Shown here in pieces: positions 49,211 through 59,109 of a stretch of DNA of 64,000 nt. This stretch comes from Candidatus Altiarchaeota archaeon (GTDB lineage: Archaea; Altiarchaeota; Altiarchaeia; IMC4; QMZM01). A program made the translations under genes and the position numbers. Below the pieces are notes generated by a model. The model ran no database searches, was not told the DNA's origin, and saw only the letters and a program-made list of their open reading frames with translations. The stretch covers positions 32,001 through 96,000 of the forward strand of contig JAFGDV010000012.1 in NCBI GenBank assembly GCA_016931955.1, read 5' to 3'. Position 1 is the stretch's first letter; each line of letters begins with the position of its first letter.

Positions 49211-49932
49211 AAACAAGGAATCTGGGCATAGAATTCAATGGGAAAAAGATACTGGATGACGTGAACATCGACCTATGGGAGGGACACGTGCATGCAATAG
49301 TAGGCCCCAACGGCGCGGGGAAGTCAACGCTGGCTTACACGATAATGGGGCTTGGAGGATACAGGAACATCTCAGGGGATATCCTATTCCAGGGAGAGTC
49401 GATAAAGGATCTCAGAATAGATGAGAGGGCTAGGAGGGGTATGACGCTCGGATGGCAGGAGCCCGCCCGCTACGAAGGGCTCTCAATAGAAAAATTCGTC
49501 ACCGCCGCGGTAGAAGACAAAAGCCACAAAAAGATCAGGGAGGTATTGGGGAAGGCGGGGTTGAACCCGAACCTCTACCTCAAGAGGGCGGTAGACAGAA
49601 CCCTGAGCGGAGGCGAGAGGAAGAAGATAGAATTGGCATCGATTCTTGCTTTGAAACCGAAGCTTGTGATGCTGGACGAACCGGACTCTGGGATAGACGT
49701 GGCCTCCCTCAGAAACATATTTGATGCCATAAAGCTACTGAAGGAAAACGGGTCAACCGTTGTATTGATCACGCACAGCCTGGAGGTATTGAATCAGGCA
49801 GAACACGCATTCCTTATGTGTTGTGGAAAGATAGTGGAGCAAGGCAAAATCGAGAAGATACGGAAATACTTCGAGAAAAAATGCATACCCTGCACCCACG
49901 AGAACATACCAGATCTGAACGGTGGAGCCTAG
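49198..49932 (+). CDS. sufC: Fe-S cluster assembly ATPase, SufC-like (archaeal SmsC)
   Basis: GPNGAGKST, WQEPARYEG, LSGGERKKIE, LDEPDSGID and C-terminal CxxC; adjacent to sufB. Confidence 0.9.
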   Translation: MGILETRNLGIEFNGKKILDDVNIDLWEGHVHAIVGPNGAGKSTLAYTIMGLGGYRNISGDILFQGESIKDLRIDERARRGMTLGWQEPARYEGLSIEKFVTAAVEDKSHKKIREVLGKAGLNPNLYLKRAVDRTLSGGERKKIELASILALKPKLVMLDEPDSGIDVASLRNIFDAIKLLKENGSTVVLITHSLEVLNQAEHAFLMCCGKIVEQGKIEKIRKYFEKKCIPCTHENIPDLNGGA

Positions 49933-49933
49933 A

Positions 49934-50857
49934 ATGGATGGTGTAGAGGAACTATATAGGCTGAGTAAGCTGGACAAGGCCTTAGAGGACCCAAATGTAG
50001 GGCACATAGTGATCAATCTGAATAAGATACTCGATAAAAGGCTTATCCCCGGCCTGGAGATAGATGCACGAGAGCTTGAGGACGGGATCGATGCAAGGAT
50101 CACGGTCAGAGAAGGCACGGTGATAGAAAAACCCGTGCACCTATGTTTTGGGGTGACGCATGAAAAAGCAGTCCAGAGGATAAAAACTGAGGTGGAGATA
50201 CAGGAGAATGCTGAGGTATTGTTTCTGGCACACTGCATCTTTCCCAACGCAGTTGATGTGACGCATATAATGGATGCGAGGATAACAGTAGGAGAGAACG
50301 CGAAATACACCTACCTGGAGAAGCACATACACGGAGAATACGGGGGGACAAAGGTCTACCCCAAAGCCAGGGTCGAGCTCGGGAAAAACTCAAGATTCAA
50401 GACCGAATTCGAGCTATTAAGTGGGAGGGTTGGGCTGATAGAGATAGACTATGAGACAGTCTGCAGGGAAGAGAGCGTGATGGAGATGACCTCCAAGGTA
50501 AGTGGGAGAGGCAACGACATAATAAGGATAAGTGAGGTAGGGCACCTGGTGGGGGAGCATGCGAGGGGTGTGCTGACCTCCAGGGTGGCGGTAAGGGAGA
50601 ACGCGAAGGCCGAAGTCCACAATAAACTGAATGCCACAGCAGCCTACGCCAGAGGCCACGTAGACTGCAAGGAGATCATACAGGACAACGGGATAGCGAC
50701 CGCTATACCAATAGTGCAGGTAAGCCACCCCAAGGCGCACATAACACACGAGGCATCGATAGGGAGCGTGGACACTAAACAGTTGGAGACATTGATGGCA
50801 AGGGGCCTCACAGAAGACGAAGCAGTTGAGCTTATAATAGAGGGCCTGTTAAGCTGA
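49934..50857 (+). CDS. sufB: Fe-S cluster assembly scaffold, SufB/D-like (archaeal SmsB)
   Basis: PVHLCFG, ARGHVDC, THEASIG and LMARGL.EDEA motifs. Confidence 0.9.
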   Translation: MDGVEELYRLSKLDKALEDPNVGHIVINLNKILDKRLIPGLEIDARELEDGIDARITVREGTVIEKPVHLCFGVTHEKAVQRIKTEVEIQENAEVLFLAHCIFPNAVDVTHIMDARITVGENAKYTYLEKHIHGEYGGTKVYPKARVELGKNSRFKTEFELLSGRVGLIEIDYETVCREESVMEMTSKVSGRGNDIIRISEVGHLVGEHARGVLTSRVAVRENAKAEVHNKLNATAAYARGHVDCKEIIQDNGIATAIPIVQVSHPKAHITHEASIGSVDTKQLETLMARGLTEDEAVELIIEGLLS

Positions 50858-50868
50858 AGAGATCCTGA

Positions 50869-51927
50869 TCAGAGCATGTCCAGCAGGTGAGAGGGTAGCT
50901 GTAAGAGGAATCTTGCAGTGAATGTTGGACTGCAGAATAATGAGTGGACTGTTTTTGAGGCGGAATCCATGTCGCCTCCGTTCTCCAAGAGTTGCTTATG
51001 TTCTGATATTAGGGAGAATAAGCGATCCTTGCTATTGTCCGAAAGCCTGGAGAGGAGGTTATGGATCCAAAGATGAAGGCGAAGCTCCCAGCCGATAGCT
51101 GACCTCCAACTGCGCTCATAATCTGGGAGACTGGAAAAACCTGCTGCGATACCGCCCATGACGATACCCCCACCAGAGGAAGCCTTCACCTGACCTGCGG
51201 CATCGCCCACGGTAATGATCCTCCCATAGTCCGTCCTCAGATTGGGCTCATGGAGGGGTATGACACCATAATTCCGGGCTAATATCCTAGGATCCCTTAC
51301 CCTGCCAGCCGCAGAAAGCCCCTTCAGGAAGCGGTCCAGGTGAGGGGTTGGATTCAGCATAGAACAGCAGCCTACGCGAGCATAATCCCTGACAGGAATG
51401 ACCCATGAAAAAAAACCAGGTACATTGAAGTGCAGTTCCACAACGTCTGGATCAGATTCCACCTCCAATTCATACTGCACCCCCACGAGGAACCTAGTGG
51501 GCTTATCCAAGCCAAGTCTATGCTGGATTTGGTAGTTTGTGCCAGTAGCCAGAACCACCCTGTCAGCTTCTATGCTATTGAGATCCCTCACGCCCTCGTT
51601 CACGAGAACTGCGCCGGCATCTACTGCCGAATCCAAGAGGAAGCGGTCGAACTTTCTTCTGTCCAAGACGTAGGCCTTTATCTCTCTACCATCCACGAGA
51701 AAGGACTCACCTGAAGGGGAGAAGATCCGGGCAGATGACACGCCGTTGAGTATGAAATCCTTACTAGGGGATATGTTAAGCCGCTGAAGACCAGACTTGC
51801 TCACCAAACCGGCACACTGTACTGGCTGAGTCAGATGCTCCTCGTAGATCTCAACACTATGCTCTCTAACACAGCTTAAGGCTGCGAGGCTGCCAGCAGG
51901 CCCGCCTCCGATAACAGAGATTTTCAT
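50869..51927 (-). CDS. Geranylgeranyl reductase family FAD oxidoreductase
   Basis: IGGGPAG, CAGLVS, DRRKFD..L, PGFFSWVIP and VGDAAGQVK..GGGI motifs. Confidence 0.85.
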   Translation of the reverse strand: MKISVIGGGPAGSLAALSCVREHSVEIYEEHLTQPVQCAGLVSKSGLQRLNISPSKDFILNGVSSARIFSPSGESFLVDGREIKAYVLDRRKFDRFLLDSAVDAGAVLVNEGVRDLNSIEADRVVLATGTNYQIQHRLGLDKPTRFLVGVQYELEVESDPDVVELHFNVPGFFSWVIPVRDYARVGCCSMLNPTPHLDRFLKGLSAAGRVRDPRILARNYGVIPLHEPNLRTDYGRIITVGDAAGQVKASSGGGIVMGGIAAGFSSLPDYERSWRSAIGWELRLHLWIHNLLSRLSDNSKDRLFSLISEHKQLLENGGDMDSASKTVHSLFCSPTFTARFLLQLPSHLLDML

Positions 51928-53006
51928 TATACCCTGAGGTCGACTATGTCTCCAGGATTCGGTCCAGTAGAGATGAGGGTGGCTTTTATACCTACTCCAT
52001 CTTCGATCCCCCTCACATAATCCCTCGCCCTATGGGATAGTTTATGGTATTCTCTCACGCCATTACATTCAGGGAAGATCTTGTCCAAACAGGTGATGCC
52101 GATCTGTGTGGCTCCGTTGACCATTGCAGAATACTTTGCTAGTTCAAGATCGAAGTCGCCTATGCGTCTCTGTCTCTGGGTCACTGTCCCCTTCTCCCCC
52201 AGGTACTTCGCAAGGACATCATTCACGGAAGATCCCTTGATGCCCTTCTTCTCAGCCGCCCCCAAGACCTCCTGCCAGAGGGGGTATTGGGATATGTTTT
52301 CTTCAGTTATCAGGGTATTTTGGGGGCCTTCGCCGACGCGAGTAGTATACGCCTTATAGATCACAAGCACGTCGTCTACCTTCGTCGGCCCGATGCCTAC
52401 GTCGACTGCGGCCATGCCCGCTGAGGTGTCCTTTGACGTGACATAGGGGTAGGTTCCATAGAATAGGGAAAGCCCGAAGCCCTGACTAGCTTCCACGAGA
52501 ACCTCCTTACCTGAATCAATAGCTGAATTAACCTCCAACGGCACATCAGCCAGGTACTCCCTCAGTTCGGGAAAGTCCCTGGCAAGCTTTATCGTGCGGT
52601 GAGCGCGTTCAGCATTAGCCGGACCGCAGCCGCTCCCTGTGGTGCCGACCTTTGTGTGCAGGAATTTGTCTCCAGCATCCTCCTCTTTGTGTCTCTGTTC
52701 TATGACCGCGCATCTGCTGTCGACGAAGATCCTGCCTTCAGTACCGGTCATCTTGACCTCCTCCTGGAACCTCTTAGGGTCGACGAGGACGCCGGCTCCT
52801 ACCAGGAGCCTTGAGGCCTCATTAACGAAGCCGCATGGTATCATCCTCAGACCGTATTCCCTTCCCTCCCAGTAGACGGTGTGCCCCGCATTCGGTCCAA
52901 CACCCGCCCGCGCGATTATGTCGGGTCTATCCTTCAAAGCCAGATAGGATATGATCTTGCCCTTGCCTTCGTCGCCGAAGTGTCCACCGACAACAATGGT
53001 GGTCAT
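51927..53006 (-). CDS. purA: Adenylosuccinate synthetase (short archaeal type)
   Basis: FGDEGKGK, GPNAGHTV, GTTGSGCGP, GTYPYVTS, TRVGEGP and GTVT.R.RR motifs. Confidence 0.95.
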   Translation of the reverse strand: MTTIVVGGHFGDEGKGKIISYLALKDRPDIIARAGVGPNAGHTVYWEGREYGLRMIPCGFVNEASRLLVGAGVLVDPKRFQEEVKMTGTEGRIFVDSRCAVIEQRHKEEDAGDKFLHTKVGTTGSGCGPANAERAHRTIKLARDFPELREYLADVPLEVNSAIDSGKEVLVEASQGFGLSLFYGTYPYVTSKDTSAGMAAVDVGIGPTKVDDVLVIYKAYTTRVGEGPQNTLITEENISQYPLWQEVLGAAEKKGIKGSSVNDVLAKYLGEKGTVTQRQRRIGDFDLELAKYSAMVNGATQIGITCLDKIFPECNGVREYHKLSHRARDYVRGIEDGVGIKATLISTGPNPGDIVDLRV

Positions 53007-53359
53007 TTTCGTCTCCTGTAGTCGTCTTCCACCCTGACCACGTCATCCAGTTCAGGGGTGCTGGATTCAAGGATCCTTGAATCCTGGAGGGGGATTATCC
53101 TGTGTTTCTCTCCCGGATTTATGGTGATGCATTGACCCATCTTCAAGGTGAATGCTTCGCCGTTTTCCCTCTCGATCCTGACCTCGCCCGCTATCACGCA
53201 CATGGTCTCCTTTTTCTTTTCGTGGTAGTGGAGGCTGGACCTACATCCTTTCTTCATCTCAAGAACCTTTCCAGCATATTCCTTTTCCGCAGCATACCAT
53301 AGCTCGCTGCCCCATGGTTTCTCAACAATCTTAGCCTTCTCGACCTTCAATTTAGTCAC
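53003..53359 (-). CDS. Cupin-domain protein (mannose-6-phosphate isomerase-like)
   Basis: KPWG.E, SLHYH.KK.ET, HR and E.STPELDDVVR.EDDY motifs. Confidence 0.85.
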   Translation of the reverse strand: MTKLKVEKAKIVEKPWGSELWYAAEKEYAGKVLEMKKGCRSSLHYHEKKKETMCVIAGEVRIERENGEAFTLKMGQCITINPGEKHRIIPLQDSRILESSTPELDDVVRVEDDYRRRK

Positions 53360-54056
53360 CGCCTTTAAGTACTACTACGTTTGTCGGATACTGAACGCCT
53401 AGGGATTCTATCCCGCTGTTGTTTATCCTGAACCTCAGCTTCATCCCCTCCGGGAGGAATTTATGCTTCCTAAGTATCACCGTCCTGAGGTCTGTTCCCT
53501 CCTCCTTGATGAACTCCAAGATGATCTTAGACCAATAGCGTGTCAGGTCCCCGCCGACGGGCACAATCCTGCCTGAGTCGATGTCGGTGTAGACTTGGTT
53601 GGTTATAAGGACAGGTATGTCATGCCTTCTGGCGATCCGCAGAAGCTGAGCTATCAGTCTACCCAGTTCCCGGGTATCCTTCTCCTCCTGCAGCCTATAC
53701 AGTACCGATATGGAGTCGACGATGATGAGGCTGACATCTGAACCCGAGACAATATCCGATAGCTTCTTTATGGCAAGCTTCTGTTCGTCGAAGTCAGTGG
53801 GCTCGAAGAGCAGCACATTGCTTAGAACGTCCTTGAGTTTTTTTCCGCAAATCTGCTTCAATCTCTCAGTGGAGAAGCCGCCTTCGCAGTCCATGTATAT
53901 CACCTTCCCCTTACCGAGAGCGGCCGTTGTCGCCATCAAGGCAAAGTTTGTCTTCCCCGAAGCCGGCACCCCGTAGATATGCGTTATGGTCTTCGGCTGC
54001 AGGCCCCCTCCGAGGAGGACGTCAAAATCCCTTTCTACACTGATCATCTTATGCAT
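53352..54056 (-). CDS. radB: DNA repair protein RadB
   Basis: LLGGG, YGVPASGKTN, EGGFSTERL, VDS, TNQVY and C-terminal basic RKHK patch. Confidence 0.9.
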   Translation of the reverse strand: MHKMISVERDFDVLLGGGLQPKTITHIYGVPASGKTNFALMATTAALGKGKVIYMDCEGGFSTERLKQICGKKLKDVLSNVLLFEPTDFDEQKLAIKKLSDIVSGSDVSLIIVDSISVLYRLQEEKDTRELGRLIAQLLRIARRHDIPVLITNQVYTDIDSGRIVPVGGDLTRYWSKIILEFIKEEGTDLRTVILRKHKFLPEGMKLRFRINNSGIESLGVQYPTNVVVLKGGD

Positions 54057-54074
54057 GAGTTAAGTTATTCTACT

Positions 54075-55181
54075 TCAGGATATAAAATTATTTCCATGCT
54101 TTTTGTACATCTCCTTGCACAGCTCCTTCAGCTCCTCCCTATTAGACAATCCCATCTTCTCGAAGTATTCGTCGAAGATGCTGTCTTCGTTGAGGTCCAG
54201 GATCTTGAGGCTTAACAGCTCGTTCGATGCGGTCGGCATGATCGATACATCAAGGATGGTGTAGTCAGGATAACGGCTGTCCCAGTCATGGAAGACATCA
54301 AAGTAGTCGCCGTCCACCTCAGCAGACAGGGAAACTCGGAGACACTTGCAGTCCCGGTTTTCTTCTATGATGTCTTCAACCATCTTGTTTATCTCAGATG
54401 GCTTCTTCCTCCCAGCGGATTCCCTGACGACCCTCATCGGAGAGGACTCCACTGGAATGAATTCAGGCCTATCGAAGCGGAAGTTTTCGAAAAAAAGAAA
54501 ACCGTTTACGTTCATCGACTCGTTGAAGCTTATCCTCTCGGTGCTGCCGATATAGAATGCCGATGTGGTGTCTGAGACCTCCTCTATGGGCTGGTGCCTG
54601 TGAAAATGCCCTGATAGTATGAGGTCGTATTTTTCTGCAACGCCCCTCAACGCCGCCAGAGAGATCTCATGGGGCTCAAGGTAGTGTTCTATCGCCTGAT
54701 GGATGCACAGTATGTCGTAGTCGTTGCCTGAGACCTCGGACGAGATCTCCCCAAGTTTCTCCTCAGCCATCCTCTTGTCTCTGGTGTATTGGAAGCCATG
54801 GACACCAACCCTCTTTCCATCGATGTCGAAGACTAGGTGAGGGCTTTCAGAGGTCAACACATGTATGTTTTCGTGTATATCAGAGAGTATCGGGGTATAG
54901 CTGCTGCCTATGTAGGTCTCTATCTCATGGTTCCCGATACACAGGATACAGGGTGTTGAATCAGCCACCTCCATCAGCCTTCTGACTGCAACCTGCATGC
55001 TCTTCGGATCGGGTCTCGTGTGATGGAAAAGGTCCCCGCCGAAGATGAACAATGAGGGATCACGGGCTAATGCCTTATCCAGTGCCTCATTGAAGGCCTT
55101 CTCGTAGTCTTTGAGCCTCTGCTTCTTCAGCCTGTGCCTGAAACCCAGGTGGCAGTCGCTGATGCAGCAAATGGATGCCAT
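54075..55181 (-). CDS. mre11: Mre11/SbcD-family metallophosphoesterase nuclease
   Basis: SDCHLG, GGDLFH, GNHE, HQA, SGHFH and GSTE...F.E motifs. Confidence 0.75.
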   Translation of the reverse strand: MASICCISDCHLGFRHRLKKQRLKDYEKAFNEALDKALARDPSLFIFGGDLFHHTRPDPKSMQVAVRRLMEVADSTPCILCIGNHEIETYIGSSYTPILSDIHENIHVLTSESPHLVFDIDGKRVGVHGFQYTRDKRMAEEKLGEISSEVSGNDYDILCIHQAIEHYLEPHEISLAALRGVAEKYDLILSGHFHRHQPIEEVSDTTSAFYIGSTERISFNESMNVNGFLFFENFRFDRPEFIPVESSPMRVVRESAGRKKPSEINKMVEDIIEENRDCKCLRVSLSAEVDGDYFDVFHDWDSRYPDYTILDVSIMPTASNELLSLKILDLNEDSIFDEYFEKMGLSNREELKELCKEMYKKHGNNFIS

Positions 55182-55225
55182 AAAATCCTCCCTATATACG
55201 CCTATGACTAATATAATTAAGGATT

Positions 55226-55744
55226 ATGATGGCATTAAACTACAGCGAGCTCCAGGGCATATACAGGTCGGAGAAGACGTCAGCTGCCCTGCATAAGGTC
55301 CCTAACAACTTCTATTCAGAGCTATCCGAGCTACTCTCCAAGGTAGACCCCGAATACAGGGAATCAACATCGAAGCTCGCAGAAGAGATATACCTGATGA
55401 GGATAGGCAAGATCATGAGACTGGTATTGAGGAGGGGAGATGCCACCCCTCCGATGAACATGACACCACCCGAAAAGGAGGTATATGGAGAATTCACTTC
55501 CACCCTATCAAGGCACAGGGAAAGAATCCTGGGCATAGGGGGTAGGGAGGAAAAAACTGAAGAGAAGAGGGAGGTGGAAGACTACGACAAGGTCGCTGTT
55601 AGGATTATTGCATCAATACCAGCCATAATCGGCTCAGACATGAAACACTACGGGCCCTTCAGAGAGGATGAGGAGGTGAAACTCCCAAAGGCCACAGCAA
55701 GGATCCTTGTAGGGCAGGGTGTTGCGGAGGAGGTCTCAGGGTAG
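55226..55744 (+). CDS. GINS complex subunit (Gins51/Gins15-like)
   Basis: EK.S..L...P.NFY, R.GKI, NMTPPEKE.Y and IIGSDMK.YGPF...A.ILV.QGVAE motifs. Confidence 0.85.
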   Translation: MMALNYSELQGIYRSEKTSAALHKVPNNFYSELSELLSKVDPEYRESTSKLAEEIYLMRIGKIMRLVLRRGDATPPMNMTPPEKEVYGEFTSTLSRHRERILGIGGREEKTEEKREVEDYDKVAVRIIASIPAIIGSDMKHYGPFREDEEVKLPKATARILVGQGVAEEVSG

Positions 55745-56515
55745 TTTACTGTCTGCGATCCCCCTCACCAGATCCGTCTTCGTTAGGACCCCAAATTCCT
55801 TGGTTATCACGGGTAAACCTGATATCCTCTTCTCAAGCATCAAGGTCGCTGCCTCTCCGACCGTTGTTTCAGGCGTTACCGTTACGGGATTGCGGGTCAT
55901 AAGATGCTCCACCCTCAGGCCCTTTATGTCCTGGTGAGTGCCTTTATCAAGCGCCTTCCTGAAGGTCTTAAAGCCCCTCGCTATATCCCTCTCCGTCAGT
56001 ATCCCAACCAACATGCCCTTATCCGTCACCAATAGACGGTGTATTCCATGCTCCAGCATCAGCTTTCTAGCGGATACTATGGTATCCGCTGGATTCACCA
56101 GCACCGGCTTCTTTGTATAGAAATCCCCCACAATCTTGTCTGAATAGAGGAGTTTTATCACCAGATCGGTCTTCGTTATCAAGCCCACGATTTCTTCGTC
56201 CTCCACCACGGGAAGGGAAGAAAAACCGTATTCGAGCATGATCCTCGCAGCGTCCCTGAAGTCGGCCTTCAGGGGGATGACCACCAGGTCTTTAGTCATC
56301 GCTGCTGAAACGTGTATCTGCGTGGACTTGAGTTTCCTCTCCCTGCCTGTTGCAAGCCTGTTGGCTATGTCTTCCTCGGCCAGTATGCCCACAACAAATC
56401 CTTCATCGGTCACCAGAAGCCTTGAGACATGGTTTTTCTCCATCAATGCGAGCGCATGGCTCAGGTTCTGGTCCTTGTCTATCTTAACCGGCGCCCTCTG
56501 CACTATAGTCTCCAT
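55736..56515 (-). CDS. CBS-domain protein (four CBS repeats)
   Basis: Repeated LM..H.I.RL.V...LVGI.T..D pattern. Confidence 0.9.
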   Translation of the reverse strand: METIVQRAPVKIDKDQNLSHALALMEKNHVSRLLVTDEGFVVGILAEEDIANRLATGRERKLKSTQIHVSAAMTKDLVVIPLKADFRDAARIMLEYGFSSLPVVEDEEIVGLITKTDLVIKLLYSDKIVGDFYTKKPVLVNPADTIVSARKLMLEHGIHRLLVTDKGMLVGILTERDIARGFKTFRKALDKGTHQDIKGLRVEHLMTRNPVTVTPETTVGEAATLMLEKRISGLPVITKEFGVLTKTDLVRGIADSKLP

Positions 56516-56518
56516 CTT

Positions 56519-57427
56519 TCATCTACCCTCCTTGTCTATGATATATTTCTTAAGCTCATCGTATCTCTCCTTTATGGTCGATTTTGTGGTTCCGGGAAAC
56601 CCCTTGATCTTCTGTGGGATGTTCTTGTCCCCCACCGTATGGCCTGCGAGGTATACTGCTGCGGCTGCGACGCTTATCGGGACCTTGCCGGAGATGATAG
56701 AAAGGTCAGTGGCCTCTTTAACGATATCTGTCGCCCTGGCGAGCGTCATGCCGGAGGCGTTGAGTTTTATCGCCAGCCTGGGAACGTATTCTATCGCTCC
56801 TGCAGTAGGTATCTTCAAGTCAAAGCCCTGAGCTATCTTCCTGTAGCTTTTCCCTATGTCCTTCTTCGCTCTCCCCGAGACCTCCTCCAACTCCTCCAGT
56901 GTAACAGGAACGTGATGTTGTCTTGTTATTATGTAGATCACTGCAGCGACCATGCTCTCAATTGACCTGCCCTTGACGAGGCCTTCCGCGGCACATTTTC
57001 GGTAGAGGCGGGCGCATTCCTCCTTCATGTTCATCGCTATGTTCAGGTAGGAACACATCCTGTCCAGCTCAGGTAAAGCCACCGAGAGATTCCTCTGGAG
57101 AGAGGTGGCCATCCTCGACCTCTTCTGCCATCTACGCAGACGATACCATTTAGCCTTCTTCTCGACGGGGATAGCTTTCCCCTTTATGTCTCTATCATAT
57201 TTGTCTATCTCAGTGGTCAAACCCTTAGTGAGCTTCCCATACCTCAGGAGACCCCCAGTCCTTGACCTCTTGTCCACGTCCTCCCTATCGAACGCCCTCC
57301 ACTCGGGCCCGAAATCGAATAGCTTCTCTTCTAAGACAAGACCGCAGTTTTTGCAAAAATTTTCGCCGTGAACGTAATCGCTTACTATTCTATTGCTCCC
57401 GCAGTTCGTGCACTTTTTCTCTGGCAT
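56519..57427 (-). CDS. tfb: Transcription initiation factor B (divergent paralogue)
   Basis: CxxC...CxxCG Zn ribbon, GPEWRAF, RLRRWQ.R, RNL..AL.EL.R and LVKGRSIE motifs. Confidence 0.9.
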   Translation of the reverse strand: MPEKKCTNCGSNRIVSDYVHGENFCKNCGLVLEEKLFDFGPEWRAFDREDVDKRSRTGGLLRYGKLTKGLTTEIDKYDRDIKGKAIPVEKKAKWYRLRRWQKRSRMATSLQRNLSVALPELDRMCSYLNIAMNMKEECARLYRKCAAEGLVKGRSIESMVAAVIYIITRQHHVPVTLEELEEVSGRAKKDIGKSYRKIAQGFDLKIPTAGAIEYVPRLAIKLNASGMTLARATDIVKEATDLSIISGKVPISVAAAAVYLAGHTVGDKNIPQKIKGFPGTTKSTIKERYDELKKYIIDKEGR

Positions 57428-57498
57428 TTTTTGTGGGATTATGAATTATGAGGGATAGTAAAAAAGGTTATATATCATGTAAAACAAAGAAAAAGGGT

Positions 57499-59064
57499 CT
57501 ATTTCCTCCTTAAAGCTGCTCGAACCAGGCCGACGAAGAGGGGGGCAGGTCTATCGATCCTCGACTTGAATTCAGGATGGAACTGTGACGCAATAAAGTG
57601 GGGATGCTTAGATAACTCGGCGATCTCCATGAGATCCTTCTCAGGATACCTGCCAGAAAACCTCAGACCATGCTTCTCCAAGGTTTCAATGTACTTCGGA
57701 TTAACCTCCCAGCGGTGCCTGTGTCTCTCAGATATCTGTCGTTCACCGTAGATGGTGTATGCTAGACTATCATCCGCTATCTCACATGGGTAGGCGCCAA
57801 GACGCATAGTCCCACCCTTTCTGTGTATGTCCTTCTGCTCCGGTATCAGGTCTATCACAGGATGAGGTGTTTTTGGGTTGGCTTCCGTGGTGTCGGCTCC
57901 CTCAAGCCCGCAGACGTTTCTCGCAAATTCTACGACAGAGAGTTGGAAACCGAAACATATCCCTAAGAAGGGGATGTTGTTTTCTCGTGCATACTTTATC
58001 GCCTGGATCTTGCCTTCAACGCCCCTGTCTCCGAAGCCCCCTGGCACAAGTATGCCGTCTACCATGCGCAGATCATCCGCAGTCGTTTCCTCCGATTCAA
58101 GCCATCTGATGTTCACCCTGCAGGAGCATGGTATGCTCGCATGCTTGAGTGCCTCCTTGATGCTCAAATATGCGTCAGATAGTGCAGTATATTTCCCGAC
58201 TATGCCAATGGTGACCTCCTGCTTGAATTCATGCATCTTATCAACGAGGTTCTGCCACTTGAAGGTATACGATGCCTTCCGGGTGAGCTTCAATTTTTTT
58301 ATGATAATGTTGTCCAGATTCTGTTTCTTAAGTATGGCCGGGAGATCGTATATCTCATCCAGGTCGGGATTGGAGAGAACACCCTCTTCGCCTACGCCGC
58401 AGAAGAGGGAGATCTTATGTTTTGTCTTCTTGCTCAGTTGCTCCTTGCATCTGCCGACGACTATGTCAGGCTGTATTCCGAGGCTCTGCAGTTCCTTCAC
58501 TGAATGCTGCGTCGGCTTGGTCTTCTGTTCGCCGGAGATTATGACAGGGACATAGGATAGGTGGATGAACAGGAAGTCGTTTTCAGGTTCACGGCTCATC
58601 TGCCTCAAGGCTTCGATGAATATCATGTTCTCCATGTCCCCTACAGTGCCTCCAACCTCCACCATGACCACTTCGGCTTTAAGTCGGCTGAGCCTTTCCT
58701 TTATCTCACATGTGACTTGGGGTATCATCTGGACCGTCTTCCCCAAGTAGTCCCCCCTCCTCTCCTTCTCTATAACCGCCTTGTATATTTGGCCGGTTGT
58801 TATGTTGGAGTCCCCGGTAAGGTCGGTGCTCAGGAAACGCTCATAGTGTCCCAGGTCGAGGTCGGTTTCGCTGCCGTCGTCTAGGACGTAGACTTCGCCA
58901 TGTTCGTAGGGGTTCATGGTCCCCGGGTCGACGTTCACGTAGCCGTCAATCTTTATCGGCAAAACAGAGTAGCCTGAGTCTTTGAGAATCCTTCCTATTG
59001 AAGCAGTGGTGACGCCTTTTCCCAGGCCAGACAAGACCCCACCTGTCACGATAATGTATTTCAT
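57499..59064 (-). CDS. pyrG: CTP synthase
   Basis: TGGVLSGLGKG, GTMNPYEHGE, KTKPTQHSV, PGGFG, GICFG, ERHRHR and QFHPE motifs. Confidence 0.97.
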   Translation of the reverse strand: MKYIIVTGGVLSGLGKGVTTASIGRILKDSGYSVLPIKIDGYVNVDPGTMNPYEHGEVYVLDDGSETDLDLGHYERFLSTDLTGDSNITTGQIYKAVIEKERRGDYLGKTVQMIPQVTCEIKERLSRLKAEVVMVEVGGTVGDMENMIFIEALRQMSREPENDFLFIHLSYVPVIISGEQKTKPTQHSVKELQSLGIQPDIVVGRCKEQLSKKTKHKISLFCGVGEEGVLSNPDLDEIYDLPAILKKQNLDNIIIKKLKLTRKASYTFKWQNLVDKMHEFKQEVTIGIVGKYTALSDAYLSIKEALKHASIPCSCRVNIRWLESEETTADDLRMVDGILVPGGFGDRGVEGKIQAIKYARENNIPFLGICFGFQLSVVEFARNVCGLEGADTTEANPKTPHPVIDLIPEQKDIHRKGGTMRLGAYPCEIADDSLAYTIYGERQISERHRHRWEVNPKYIETLEKHGLRFSGRYPEKDLMEIAELSKHPHFIASQFHPEFKSRIDRPAPLFVGLVRAALRRK

Positions 59065-59109
59065 CTACGGTATAATATTTTCTCTTACCCTCTTATATAT
59101 TATCTGGAG

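Noticed and set aside
51927-53006. Possible PurZ (Z-base synthesis)
   Set aside because: Retains the PurA GDEGKG catalytic Asp and sits in a housekeeping context
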